Source: Stylophora pistillata
Lineage: Eukaryota
Assembly: GCF_002571385.2 (NCBI RefSeq)
Contig: NW_019217907.1
Coordinates: forward strand, 87,805 to 151,804
DNA length: 64,000 nucleotides
Direction: 5' to 3'
Each line of letters starts with the position of its first letter. The first letter of the stretch is position 1. This document shows, piece after piece, positions 20,201 to 32,800 of this stretch. A model generated the notes under the pieces. It saw only the letters and a program-made list of their open reading frames with translations. It did not search any database and was not told the origin of the DNA. Both the position numbers and the translations under genes were made by a program.

Positions 20201-23200
20201 CGCCCAGTGGCCCCTGACACCTTACTTTTGCTCTGGGGCAGCTCAGGAATCTTAGTTTTTTCATACAAAGCATATGCTGAGCACCCTGGATTTCACAGTT
20301 TCAAAGCACTGGGCTCCATTCAGTTTTCCTTAGAGCACAGCCTTAAACAACATTTTTTTATTCTCATGACCTTGACATCTGACTCAAAGATGAACCAAGG
20401 GTGATCCAAAGGGTGAAATTTGATGCTAGCCACTCTAGGAGGTTAATGGATTTAGACTTGTCTTGTTGACAGGGAAAATGACTCCCTGCTCCAAGAAGTT
20501 GCTGTAAACAGTTATCCTTTCCAAATAAATACCTTCTTCCTCTTTCAGTTACTGCATAAATCAAGCTGATAGCATAACACAGAACATTTAACAAAAATAC
20601 AGTGTTCTCATTTCTCTCAAGATGAAGTCACTTCTGATGTGAATTACAAGGTTGTGACTTTCTACTGTGAGTCTTCTCCATGCCATGTGTCAACAACCAT
20701 TTCATGAAAAATAGAAATATCTCTTACCCACTGCAACATCCTTCCCCCTTGAAACCACACTGGAATATGAACCTGAAGGATGACCAGCCGGAGGAGTATA
20801 GTATTGGATAAACTGCTGCCTGTCCCTTCCAGGTGAAGACACATAGTGATCATAAGCGGGACGTTGTCCACAGTAGCCATTTGAATACTGAGTTTCATTT
20901 GAATGCAAGGATACTTGCTTCATTCTGTGTGCTAGAATTTGTTCCTGGCTGTCACGGCGACCCATTTGAGCTTGAGGTACAAAACAATTAGTGGACTGTG
21001 GCACATCACCTGAAGAACAGATCAGTGTCATTTCAGTGATGAATTGCAAAGATAAATTGAAAGGGTGCGTAGAACAAAAGCTTAAGTGATTTAGGGGGCA
21101 ATTCATGTAAAGGGCTAACAAAATGATATTTATGCTGAATTGGCCATGAGGGAAAAGGGAGCTGGGTAAAAGTCAGGGACTACGATGTAATAAACTCACA
21201 AAAATTCTCACCAGAAGAAATATAAAGAGGAGATGATCTTGCAGAGCCAATGACACCATTTGCAGGAGCCTGGGTAGCAGTTGGACTGCCATCACAACCA
21301 TTTTCAAGGGGTGAAAACTGATCTGGTGCTACAGAAGGTCCTGGTCCTCTGGCAACGGGTGAGGGGCGAGGTCTCTGAGCTCTTCTCTTACCAAATCTGG
21401 GAGCAAAAGTGACACACGTTACAGAAGTACACAGATTACTACTCAAGCTCTGACTGTTGAAAAAGATAATCTGGGAGCAAAAGTGACACACGTTACAGAA
21501 GCACACAGATTACTACTCAAGCTCTGACTGTTGAAAAAGATAATCTGGGAGCAAAAGTGACACACGTTACAGAAGCACACAGATTACTACTCAAGCTCTG
21601 ACTGTTGAAAAAGATAATCTGGGAGCAAAAGTGACACACGTTACAGAAGTACACAGATTGCTACTCAAGCTCTGACTGTTGAAAAAGATAATCTGGGAGC
21701 AAAAGTGACACACGTTACAGAAGCACACAGATTACTACTCAAGCTCTGACTGTTGAAAAAGATAATCTGAGAGCAAACGTGACACACGTTACAGAAGCAC
21801 ACAGATTACTACTCAAGCTCTGACTGTTGAAAAAGATAATCTGGGAGCAAAAGTGACACACGTTACAGAAGCACACAGATTACTACTCAAGCTCTGACTG
21901 TTGAAAAAGATAATCTGGGAGCAAAAGTGACACACGTTACAGAAGCACACAGATTACTACTCAAGCTCTGACTGTTGAAAAAGATAATGTTTGATATGTT
22001 TACATCAGCTATTCTTATCATTTTTCAAAAACACAATAAGAAACCCAAGATCATTGGAACATAGCTGATATTGCTAGTCAGTGATAGTTCTTCTGTATTT
22101 CACATTAAAATCTTTATTAATTGGAGAATTTCAAAATATTACTTTAGGATAATGCTGCCCAAACATTAATAGTTGGACCTGAGAAACAAATTTGCAAACT
22201 TTATGGAAGAGAATCAAAACAACACCTACTTCTCTAGCTCCTCCTCTGAGTGTGCAAATGTGCAGTGGGTACCTCTCGGACATCCTCCCCTGGTGTGATC
22301 CCTGCACATGCTAGTTTTAAACTTGTTGTTGTGTGGCTAAAAGGGAGAGAAAAAAATTTTGCTATTTTCCTGAATAGAAACAATGTATATACCAGGCAAA
22401 TCATTTCAGTCGTAAGGATAACCAAGATAAGTTTCAAATACACCTGAGTTGATGCACAAATGAGACCACATGTACAGTGCGCAAGACTAAAGCAAGATCA
22501 CTAAGATTAGAGAAATTTACAAGAAAAAAATTTCACACTGTACTTACTTGTGGTGGATCACCTGATCCTTTCATTCCTCTGCCATGTGACTAATATTAAA
22601 AAAAAAAAAACAGAAATATGTAAGCTGTGCTTGGGATCATTCATCACTTTTTAGATGACTAAAGCTGTTACTAACAGTTATGATCTATTTTTCAAATGCA
22701 AGACTTGTCCTTCAAACAAAATAGACTCCTTCATATTCAACTGTTGCCCTTGCTGCCTCTGTATGTATCTGATGTTTTCTATGTACTTTTTCAACAATTG
22801 GCCTGCAGATGTTCAATGAATTGCAAAGATCATCCTGTCTCTATTTCAAGTAAATAAAGGGGGTAAGTTTCTAAAGAAACTGTGATGCTGCGTCAATGGG
22901 GGTAACAAGGTAATTTGGTACTATCAACTAAGTTGAAATTGTAAATTGGCCACCGTAAAGAGTTAAAAAGCTGGCATTTTGAGCGTTAGCCCTTCGCTCT
23001 GACAAAGCGCTTACACTTGAAACGTCAGCTTTTTAACTCTCTATTCCAAGTAGTTTTCTTGTAATCAGAAGACAGTCAAATCAAGGATTGAGTGGTATTA
23101 TTTTGAAACACAAAAACACAATCACTCACCTTTGAAAAATCAACCAGTCCATGGACCACAGAATGCACTGAAACCATGGCTTGTTCTAGCTCATTCCAGG

Positions 23201-25993
23201 CTGGACACATTGCCTCTGCAGGAAAAAAAAAATCAAAGACATGTGATCTCAACTAGTAATGCAATTGTTTATGGCCTTGAAGCACAGTACAAGTAGTTGT
23301 GTAACTGGGGTGTCTAAATGTATATGATCTCACAGCTATTGTGAACAACTTGGGCAAAACAGGCAAAACAGGCTTACCTTAAAATACCTTTATTAATGAA
23401 TATTAAGTAGCAGGTCATAGACATTCACATGTCTAATTGCATGTGCTTCTGTATGCAATAACTTGCCATTCTAGCAAAAGAGAGTCCACACAAACCTGGA
23501 GATGCATCAATCTTGGACAGTAATTCAAACTGTTCTCTCATTTGACAGAGATTCCCAGGGTCACCAGATCTCTGCAGTGCAATGATCAGCTCTTGGATGC
23601 TCTGAGAAAATGAGGCAGGGGTTTGGAGCTAAACAAAAAAAAAAACAAAAACAAAACAAATCAGTTTTGACAGTATTGCTACCATTTCAAGCGGTAGAAC
23701 AGTGAAGGAAACCTTTAACACTCCCACTCCTTTGAAAGATCCTTACAGGTCTACCTGTACCAGAAATACTAATTGTGATGGTGATAATACTGCTGATTCA
23801 CCTCTTCAACAATGAAATAAGTCAAATATACTTTAAACTGGTTTGGTTTAACTGCGTACCCAGTTTTATATCATTAAAGGTGATGCCATGTAACTCAACA
23901 ACACACCTTGTCAATGATAGATTGCATGTGAGACTTGTGATCCATGTCACCATAGAGAAGTGAAGACCACTGGTCTGGCAGAATGCGCAGCCCTGCTTCT
24001 GTTGCGATTTGCACTATCTGTGCATCATGTTCTTTCCGCAATGCATCATAGGTGCGGTACTGATGACAAAAACAACAACAAAGGCAAAATAGTGATTTTA
24101 TGTCTAACAATTACAACCAACACATTCAACAACCATTGTTTATTCACTAGAAAAATTTACCAATCCTGTGAATTGAATGGTTGATCCACTGTTCATCTAA
24201 AAAACACTTAACAGCTTTTTCCATCATTTTTGCCCCTTTATCTTCAGAACCAAAAAAAACATGTACCTGTTCTTTGAGCTGCATCAGAGAAGACTCATTG
24301 TTCTTTTTCTCAACCTGAATGAAAAAATTGTGTCAACAATGACAGATCAACACTTTTAAAATACATTAATAACATTTATAATGTGCATCACACAGAAACC
24401 TCCACTGGCACATGTAGTCTGATATAAGCATAGCACACTCCTTAACCTACATGAGAAATCTCTCAATGTAAACTGCAGGGCTCGAATTTAATTTTTGGAT
24501 CATTAACCCTTTGGGTTAGTAGACATCTTTTTTACTATCCAAATTATAAAATTTGGTATCCAAGCTCACAAGTTACAATATCTCAAATATTGAACATTTT
24601 GCTAATAACAACCAAGACAAATTAAAGAGCAGCTGAAATTGAATGGTTACCTTAAAAACCTTGACAGTTATGCACCTATTTTAATTCCCTCTCATTTACC
24701 ACGATTAAAGAACTCTGCATAATTCAGTGCCGAACTGCTAGAACCTCGTGAACAATAATATTTTGGTGTAAATAAATATCTGCAATGTGGCGGTCTGATA
24801 AAGTTGTGTCTAGATCCCCACATTCAACACAAATTCGCATTCAGGGCCTTAGCGCTCAAAATGGCTGTAAAGCTCGATTCGATCCCAAAGATGGCAAGAA
24901 CAAATTGTTTGAGACAGAAAACAAGCTAATGCAAGTAAATAACACATAAACCATTCCTAAAACTTAGTATTTATTTGTAAAAAGGCTATTTCCATAACAT
25001 AATTTAAATATGTTAGAAAATTTTACTAACCATGTCGGGTTAGTTGGAAACATTTTTAGTAACCAAACGTTGAAAATTACTAACCATTGGTTAACAAGTT
25101 ACTGTTAATTTCGAGCCCTGAACTGTGTTTTTCAATTGACAGACTTCCAATCCACTACAATCCTCCTTTTGGGGGTAAAAACTCACCTTAAAACAGGATG
25201 CTCTGTAAAGCAACTGCACTACATGGCCGATACTTGTTTTGGAAGCCTGTGGAAACTGAGATTCCAGCTTCTGGACCACAAAAAGAACCAAAACCTTTCT
25301 CGACAAAGCCTCTCCACCTTCAAGAGCCAACAAAATCAGTTTTAAAGCTTCTTCCTGCATGGCTGGTCCTAAAAACTGGCAACCACGATTCCGCACAGCA
25401 GCCCATAAATTAGCTGAAAGTTGTTGCTGATTTTGATGTAATAAAATGAGCTCTGTAACTGTCCTTTCTCCCAAGCTCCTGGCCGCACGCATGGCTCTAG
25501 TTCGTCCATCTCCCTCTGCAACTTGACAGTTAACTAATGTTACAAGCTTCCGCTGCATGGGTCTGGTTAGGATGTTATTCCCATTGCCATTGATGGAACC
25601 ATTACAGGTGCTGCCATTGACATTTCCATTCACTGTACCATTGACAGTGCCATTGACAGGTTTTAAGAACAGGGCAAGCTTTTCAATACAGCTAGTTGAT
25701 TTTCTATAACAAGTGGCATTTTCTTTAACACTGTCAATTGGGGGAAGCCCGTTGTCTGGTATTTCCACTCCAACTAATTGAAGCAAAGCATAGTTGTATG
25801 GAAGTTTGGTTATATCTGTTTCCACAGAAGCCTGGTCAAATGGGCACTGTGTTTTAGACAGTTTTGACAGGCAGGAAACACATAATGTGTGTCCACATCC
25901 CAAGCTGATTGGCTGCCTGTCACGATTGTCAAATTCATTGTAACATATTGGGCACTGAAGAAATTCTGTCCACTGAGGCGTTTGAATTGGCAT
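17208..25993 (-). CDS. RC3H1: Roquin (RING finger and CCCH-type zinc finger protein, RC3H1/2 orthologue), about 1080 aa, 15 coding exons
   Basis: [21 protein letters not shown]; ROQ motifs ([44 protein letters not shown]); CCCH finger KFKTSMCRD...[11 protein letters not shown]. In-phase exons: 25993-25187, 24314-24267, 24059-23907, 23628-23496, 23215-23130, 22589-22548, 22336-22230, 21396-21212, 21009-20728, 20036-19745, 19228-19024, 18794-18507, 18372-18323, 17989-17860, 17642-17208. Probably co-orthologous to RC3H1 and RC3H2. Confidence 0.95.
21395..21986. repeat. Tandem array, 8 x 74 bp, containing a Roquin 3' splice site
   Basis: Unit ATCTGGGAGCAAAAGTGACACACGTTACAGAAGCACACAGATTACTACTCAAGCTCTGACTGTTGAAAAAGATA starting at 21395, 21469, 21543, 21617, 21691, 21765, 21839, 21913; only a few substitutions. 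Confidence 0.97.
22860..23042. mobile_element. Penelope-type fold-back repeat with inactivated hammerhead core
   Basis: Inverted arms AGAGTTAAAAAGCTG / CAGCTTTTTAACTCT; GCT-CTGACAA-...-GAAAC-GTC-AGC at 22996-23029 (G8 replaced by A). Confidence 0.55.
24476..25120. mobile_element. Non-autonomous hAT-like element with 5-bp TSD in a Roquin intron
   Basis: TIRs CAGGGCTCGAA / TTCGAGCCCTG; TSD AACTG at 24471-24475 and 25121-25125. Confidence 0.7.
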
Positions 25994-28900
25994 GACTGAT
26001 GCTAGCTAATGCACACACTGCAGTTTTATGGAAATTAATTGATGCTAAATACCATGGGTATCCTGCAATGAAATAATGAACAATTAGACTTGAAATTGTT
26101 ACAAATTTACAGATATTTTAAAGGAATATCATAAATTGTTAGTGCTCTAATTAGCTGCCAGCATTTGATAATAAGCAATCACATTAATATCCGTTACTGT
26201 TTCAGCTGAAAAGTAAGTTTTGCAATTTAGTTTTACAATTTGAATTTACTTTGAAAGGAATTTCATGTCACAGCCAAGAAGACTAAACTAGGATTCAATA
26301 AAAATAAAAGGAAAAAAACAGAAGCTATAACAATTTAACCAACATCAATATCAAGACATCTAACTCAACAGAGCACACCACTGGCATTCCAATACAGCTA
26401 CTGTCAGTAAAAAAAGTCAGTAGCCAGTAGTTTACCCATAACCTTAACAATAAAACTAATACATGTACTTCAAAATAAATGTTAACCTCATCTTTATGTC
26501 AAACTTGCCGCATGTGAAGTTATTAAGGTAGTTTCTGTACCAAACATCAATGTGTCATGTAAAGAAAACTTATAGCACTGATTAAGCTACTTCTAAAATC
26601 CCTCTTTCAAGGTGTATGTAATGAGTTAATATGTCAAATTTGTACAAGGAACTGTACAAATTGTGTAACTGCTATTCTTCTGACATATTCAAACTAAACT
26701 CAAACAAACATGAATTACATGTATGTCTGATCAAATTTCAAATGTTTCCTTTTTTGGAAATAAGTTTTTGCATGCTTAAGGTTTTTCCATATCATAAGGA
26801 AGTAACCCTCATCAACAAGTTCTTACAAATACAATATGAATCCATGAAACAAAAAAAAAGTTGATGAAAGGCAAGCAAAAAGTTGCACAAAGAGACAAGT
26901 CCCTGATTTTTGCTGCTTTTACTTGATACCATAAAATTCCCTAAATTTTCAATCTACAGTTTTAAGTTACAGTTTAGAGAAACAGTAAACTCACAACCAC
27001 TTCATCAATGTGATTCCTGATGGCTTTGAGCCAGTAAAATTGAATTATGCTGACTCATACAGTCATGTGATAGAAGTGAAACTACTTTCTATAATGCTGA
27101 TCTAACAGGTTTCTAGGAAAGGAAACAAGCCAATGTACATGTAAAGTCACCACCATCAGATAATCTATTTCCTTACTTGAAAAACAGAGAAAATAAAGCT
27201 TCAATCTGTAGACTGTACTCAAATTAGTACACATATATAACTAAGTCAGGGTTACATTCCTGAATGGATAGATATCATAATCAAATAATATTATGCTCTC
27301 CTTAATACATGTACAATAAGAATTTATAGACAATTTAAAAGACAATTACTCTGCATCCTTACTATTCTAGCTCTAGGTGTTTCAAATACTGAAACCCACT
27401 AGTTGTACTAAATTTAACCAGTCTTTCACATCTCTAGAAATAGAATTGAATTCTAGTGACCTTTCCACATCACTTGAAAAGCAAACAAAGTAAATCTTTT
27501 CTAAAAGCCATAAAGGTCCACATATTTAATTTCATACATAAAACTTCAAATAGTGCCCAACACACTTGAAGATTATTCAACAAAATACCTATATTATGTC
27601 TTAGAAAGAAAATTAGAGACTGTAAATTAAACATAAGAAAGAAGAAAGAGCTTCCTGTTTACACATATTTCAGTCAGCCTTGCATGAAAGAATTTTGTGC
27701 CATAATACACCTTTTCTTCTAGAAACACTTACCAACAGCTTGGCAATCAGACAACTTGAAAATAACTGAAAGCACATCTCATCAAAAACTCAAGTTGTGC
27801 GAGAAAACTTCTATTTCTGTTGATGCAGTTTCATTTCCGAGAAAACAAATCAAAATTGTACTCTTTCCTCATACACAACGATGGCAAAATCCCCCCGTAT
27901 CACTTAATGACTCCAAAATTATTTGAAAGTGCGAGAAGAGTGGAAACTAAATTCTAAAGCAGCGAGCCATAATCAAAGCAAAGATACATCATCTCCTCAA
28001 AATGTAAAAGATATTATGCTAAATTTTGATTCTAAAATTGTTCTTCCAGTACATCATGTCTGAAGTAAAATTTTATTCCTGGTGGTGTGAAGAGGTAAAG
28101 CAGAATCACAGCTTAGAAAAAAAATCATGCAATGATTACTTAAGTACAACACTCTAGCCCTGTGTGCCAAGACACAATGCTCGTATATGATATACGTATG
28201 GACCAGTAAATAGCTTCATTGTGTATGTTACTATAAATGGCTGCAAATTATTTTTTTCTTTCGTTGATTATGTTGGAACATGTTGAAAGTAATCTTGCTT
28301 CCTTTTGCAAAGTAAATTATCTTCTGGTCATCAATAAGCTATGACTACCGCGAAAAACTTGAGAAACATTTCCAAAATATTACAACAGCATCGAACTGGC
28401 GACAGTTACGTAAATGTTAATTTATGTTTTTAACGAGATTATACAGCTGGGATTGAAATCGAATACCTGTAAAAGTCGATCAAAGCCCTTTCCACAACTT
28501 TGAAATGTTTAATTTGAACGTGCTTTGAAAGATTACAAAAGATGAGCTCTCTGAACTTTCGAATTCCCGAGCAAGATGTTTCGTGACCAAAGCGAGATAT
28601 GCATTCATAAGCATAAACTGAACTACGAGACTTCCTGTTGAAGTACAGTCACAAACAAGAACACTGCAGTATATTGAACATTTCGTGGACTTTGGATGGC
28701 GAAAATAACATTTAAGTGAGACTTCGGTCACTATAATACTAAACCATACAACTTCATCCATTCAACATCATACATAAAGAAGAAACTGTCAGAAGTGCCG
28801 AGCTATGAAATAAATTCTTTAGGGACTGCCTTGAGGTCATGTGAATTTGACGAATGCATAACAAAGCTCAATATGATCTCTTCGCACTGAGAAAGTACAG

Positions 28901-29300
28901 ATTAAACCAAAATTAAAATCTTACTTGAGTACAAAATAAGCACTTTGGAAACAACAATACGCAAGAAACGAAGGTCTTTGCTTTTACAAACGCGATCCTA
29001 CATAAGCAGCATATTTCCTATTAAAATTTCTGAACAGTTGACAAGCCCGAACAAAGAACCACAACATTACGACAAAGCGCCCGATTTAGAAGCGCTTCAT
29101 CGTATTTGAAATCCACCGATCTTCTCTCTCGAAAGAATCGCTTTTACAGTCGTGGGACTCAAGAGTACTAATATAAATGCGGGGAAAAATACACGAGGTA
29201 GATCGATACCCCCCTACACGTAGCACAGTGCAAAGTTACATGTTTCTGCACGTTCCCAAGACTGCAAAAGCGATCTTCGTTTCACGCCTCATTCACTCAC

Positions 29301-29830
29301 CTTAAACATATACAAAATTGCTATCCAACACTGGAAAACACTTGCACGCACAAACAATGCCTTGACCTATCCAAAAGGCTTTTCAAGAAAGCAAGAACTC
29401 AACGATGAATTGCAGCAAAATCGCACTTATTCGGATCTCTCCCCGCAAGGAAGTCGAGTTTCGTTTCCCAAAGAGGAATTTTAAGCGTACAGACACACAA
29501 AAGATGTCGTTATTGAGTCGTTGAACACTCCCAAAGGAAGTATGGTGAAATTTTCAACTCTGGCGAATGAGGTGAACACCTCACATTTGAAAATCTCTAT
29601 TCGAGTGGACGGATTTTAGCTTGTGCTGCTCGAGAGGTTCGTCAGTTCCATGACCGATGATATACGCCATTGACCGGATAAAGCAACTGACGGTATCTCC
29701 CCCCCGGGGTTAACGTCATCCCTTGGTAAGCTACTGCGCCTGCACCATGGGCTAATTAGAAGGGAGTTATCGAATTTCATTGGTCTGGTTGGAAAACAAA
29801 GAATCGATACCGCCCCAGAGGAGGGGGGCG
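29301..29830 (-). promoter_or_regulatory. Probable Roquin non-coding first exon and promoter
   Basis: Donor AAG|GTGAGT at 29301/29300 and acceptor TTGCAG|G near 26062. The CpG-richer patch at 29660-29830 has a TGACGT half-CRE, a CCAAT box and a GGGGCGG box on the minus strand. Confidence 0.45.
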
Positions 29831-32800
29831 AGGTAGAGAGGTGCTTTGTTTCTAGAATATTTTTTCACGCAACGCTAAATCAGCTGTGATCACACTGAAA
29901 CTAAATTAGGCATTACACTTTTCAAGGCGTTTCCCTTCAGCAAGATCGCTTTTTCAACAGATCATCGTTATATAATATTCACCCCTCTTTTGGACTCGTT
30001 CTTTGGACTTTGGATCAGGAAATCGTTGTAAATCTTCGGTTTTAATTTTGTTAAATACGAATGGATATAACTTGTCTGAGCTACAGGCCCAGACAGATTC
30101 CTTTGTTTTCCGGCAGCGAAGGATCAAAACATTTGACAAGTCCAACAAACGATCTTAACTGTAAATTGAATCTTCTTGTCGCCATGTCAATATAAAAATT
30201 TTTGTGGAGCCAAGTGAGAGCGGAGAGTCTGGATTATGTAAAACAGTACGGTTATCGCACAATATATATTTTTAACTCGAAGCTTTGAACCCTGAAACTT
30301 TTCCACCTGTTGTTAGCAGTATTTGTTTAATCGTTGTTTACTTCAACAATTTTAGTTGTTAGTGTTAGATACATGTACCCTAAAATACAAAATCCTTCGG
30401 CTTAGCTAGAGCCAGACTGCAAGTACGAACATTGAGTTTCGATAGAATAATAGCATTTGTATGATAATAATATCATGCAGCTAAACTCGTGTCGACTTGC
30501 TGTTTTAAACATTTCCCCAAGATTTTCTTTTTTAACACCCTCCTCTCCCACCCCCTTTCGCTATCATAACAATACCCCTGCGCACTAAGTGTTGTTAAGC
30601 GTGGGTGTCAATGTATTCTGTTAAGACATTTAAGGGAAACTTTTACATAGTTCCGCTTAAATCAGAATAGCTTTATTCATCGTGCAACGTGCAAGACAAA
30701 GTCACGAGTTACTTGATTTCGTAAAAACCGGAAATGGGTTGTCAGCACGGCGGAAAGCAAAAAATGAAGACATCGTTCATCAATCGCTGCTCCACGATTT
30801 GTTTTGTTTTGTTTTTTTTTTTCATATTTGCTTCACAAAAATTGGCAAAGCGTTCAGTCTGAATAATTATTCCAGTGAGACTGAAAAACTGATCAAGAGC
30901 GTACGATTCTTGACTACATTTAGCCAGTGATAGGTTAAACGGAGGAAATTAGAAGATTCTTAATGAACAAAGAGCCCACGCAGTTTGAAGTATTAGAAGG
31001 AAATTTCAAATTAAATCGACTTCCGGTGGTGTAAAAGGGTGGAAAATTCAAATAACCCTTCCATTTACAGCGATCGGCTGTTCGATCCGCAATTAGATAC
31101 CTAAAATAAAGCTTTGAATAACGTTAGATTATTTTTCTACAGGGGAAGTTTTGACTATTTTGCCGAAGCCGTGACAGGTCTTTTACAGGTACGACAAATG
31201 TACCAAGTGCAGCCGGCAACAGTAGATGCCGTTGTTATTCTCAAATTTTCTCGTATTTTCCCAATGAAACCCTGGAATAACCTTTAAACAGTTTTCTCCA
31301 GTAATGTATAAACCTAAAAATAGCACGTTGGGGACTTAAATTTTGACAATAATTCTGTTTCCGAAAAATTGATGTATGCAGAGCCGAGCCCATGCGCGCA
31401 CGTGGCTAGGGAAATTTAATTTAGATCGAAATGCAACAGGTGATTAATGAAGTGTTCCAAAGGATGTAGGCGGCCCGAAAATCCCTCCGCTCTTTTATCA
31501 TCAAACTTAAACTTCCTCCAATAATATAACGATCACTATTGATTTAACACAAACCACTGATATAAGGAGAGTAATAAATCGCTGAAGATCTAGGAAGCGA
31601 AAGGATAGTTTGTTGATGCTTCCGTTTCGAAAACAACCAAAGTACGTGTGGGATATAACTCGCTGTTAAATGATGAAAACTGGTTTTGTAAAGTTGTTAC
31701 ATGGTCTAATTCACAGGCCAAATTTTAGCTGAGTTATATCGTAGTTACAAGAAAGAGAATTTGATTAATGACTGAAAATTTATGTAAGATAACAGTTATA
31801 GGACTGTAAAACTGTAACTGACCTTGCAGTCATCTGGACTCAAGTCCATCCAGAGGGGGAAATTTCCCGTCTAAATCCAGATCCAGCTGCACTTCCTCAA
31901 CACTATCCACCTCGCTAATAACCGCTTTTCTCGAGGTCGCCGCGGACTTATAAGTCACAACGCCCTATTCGTTGCTGAGAAAAACAAAAAATATTTATAA
32001 AAAAGAATTACGCCATAGAACTTGAGGCAGACTATTCACTGGTTTTTGTTCCACCAAATGCTTCAGATTAAGGTGTGGTGTTTTGTTTACCGCGGTCATG
32101 TCACGGCAAAAAATAGGCTATTTTTTGAGGCCGAAGGATTATTTTGGTTCCACTACACCGCAAAGATTGCGCATCAGAAATTATTATGAGAAAAAAAACT
32201 GTCAACAATCAGTCAAGGTTATGCGGTCAGATTCAAGACGAAGGCTGGCGTTCTCTCTTCTCCGTTGCACCTCAATAACAAAATGCGTAATGATATGGCT
32301 CTGAAACACTGGAAATTCCAGTGATCGACAGGTTTTGAACAAGTGACAGCAAATCTCTGGCTGACAAACAGCAGATCTTGGGAGCTCGCGGATTCCGTGC
32401 CAAGTATGTAAAAAAATATCATACGGTTATAGAGCGTCGACGGCTTAACAGGTGTTACACTAACACTGAAAACATATTTGGGCTTAAGTACCTCTGGTAG
32501 AAATTCACCTAGATGAAGTGAAGTTTATCTTTGAGCAACATTCTTGTGTTTCACCATCATTGCTAAAATACTTTCTTGGGTTAACTGATCTAAACTGTGG
32601 TAACTTTTAGAAACGACAACATAATAGGATAAAGTTTCAATAATTTAAACAACAATTTAATTAACGTGATCGTAAACAACTGGTAAAGGACTAATGCATT
32701 TTTCCATCTACACAACTAAACAATCTGTTTGTCGCTTCGACGTGGTTGTTATTGGTCAAGTCTATTCGTTTAATTTACCCCTAGTTCCATGCCGGTTTTT

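Noticed and set aside
20533-20551. 19-nt AG/GT-bounded micro-exon in Roquin
   Set aside because: It would shift the frame; the flanking exons join in phase without it.
21395-21986. CRISPR-like regular repeats (also 44626-46194)
   Set aside because: Units are head-to-tail with no unique spacers, there are no cas genes, and both arrays lie in eukaryotic introns.
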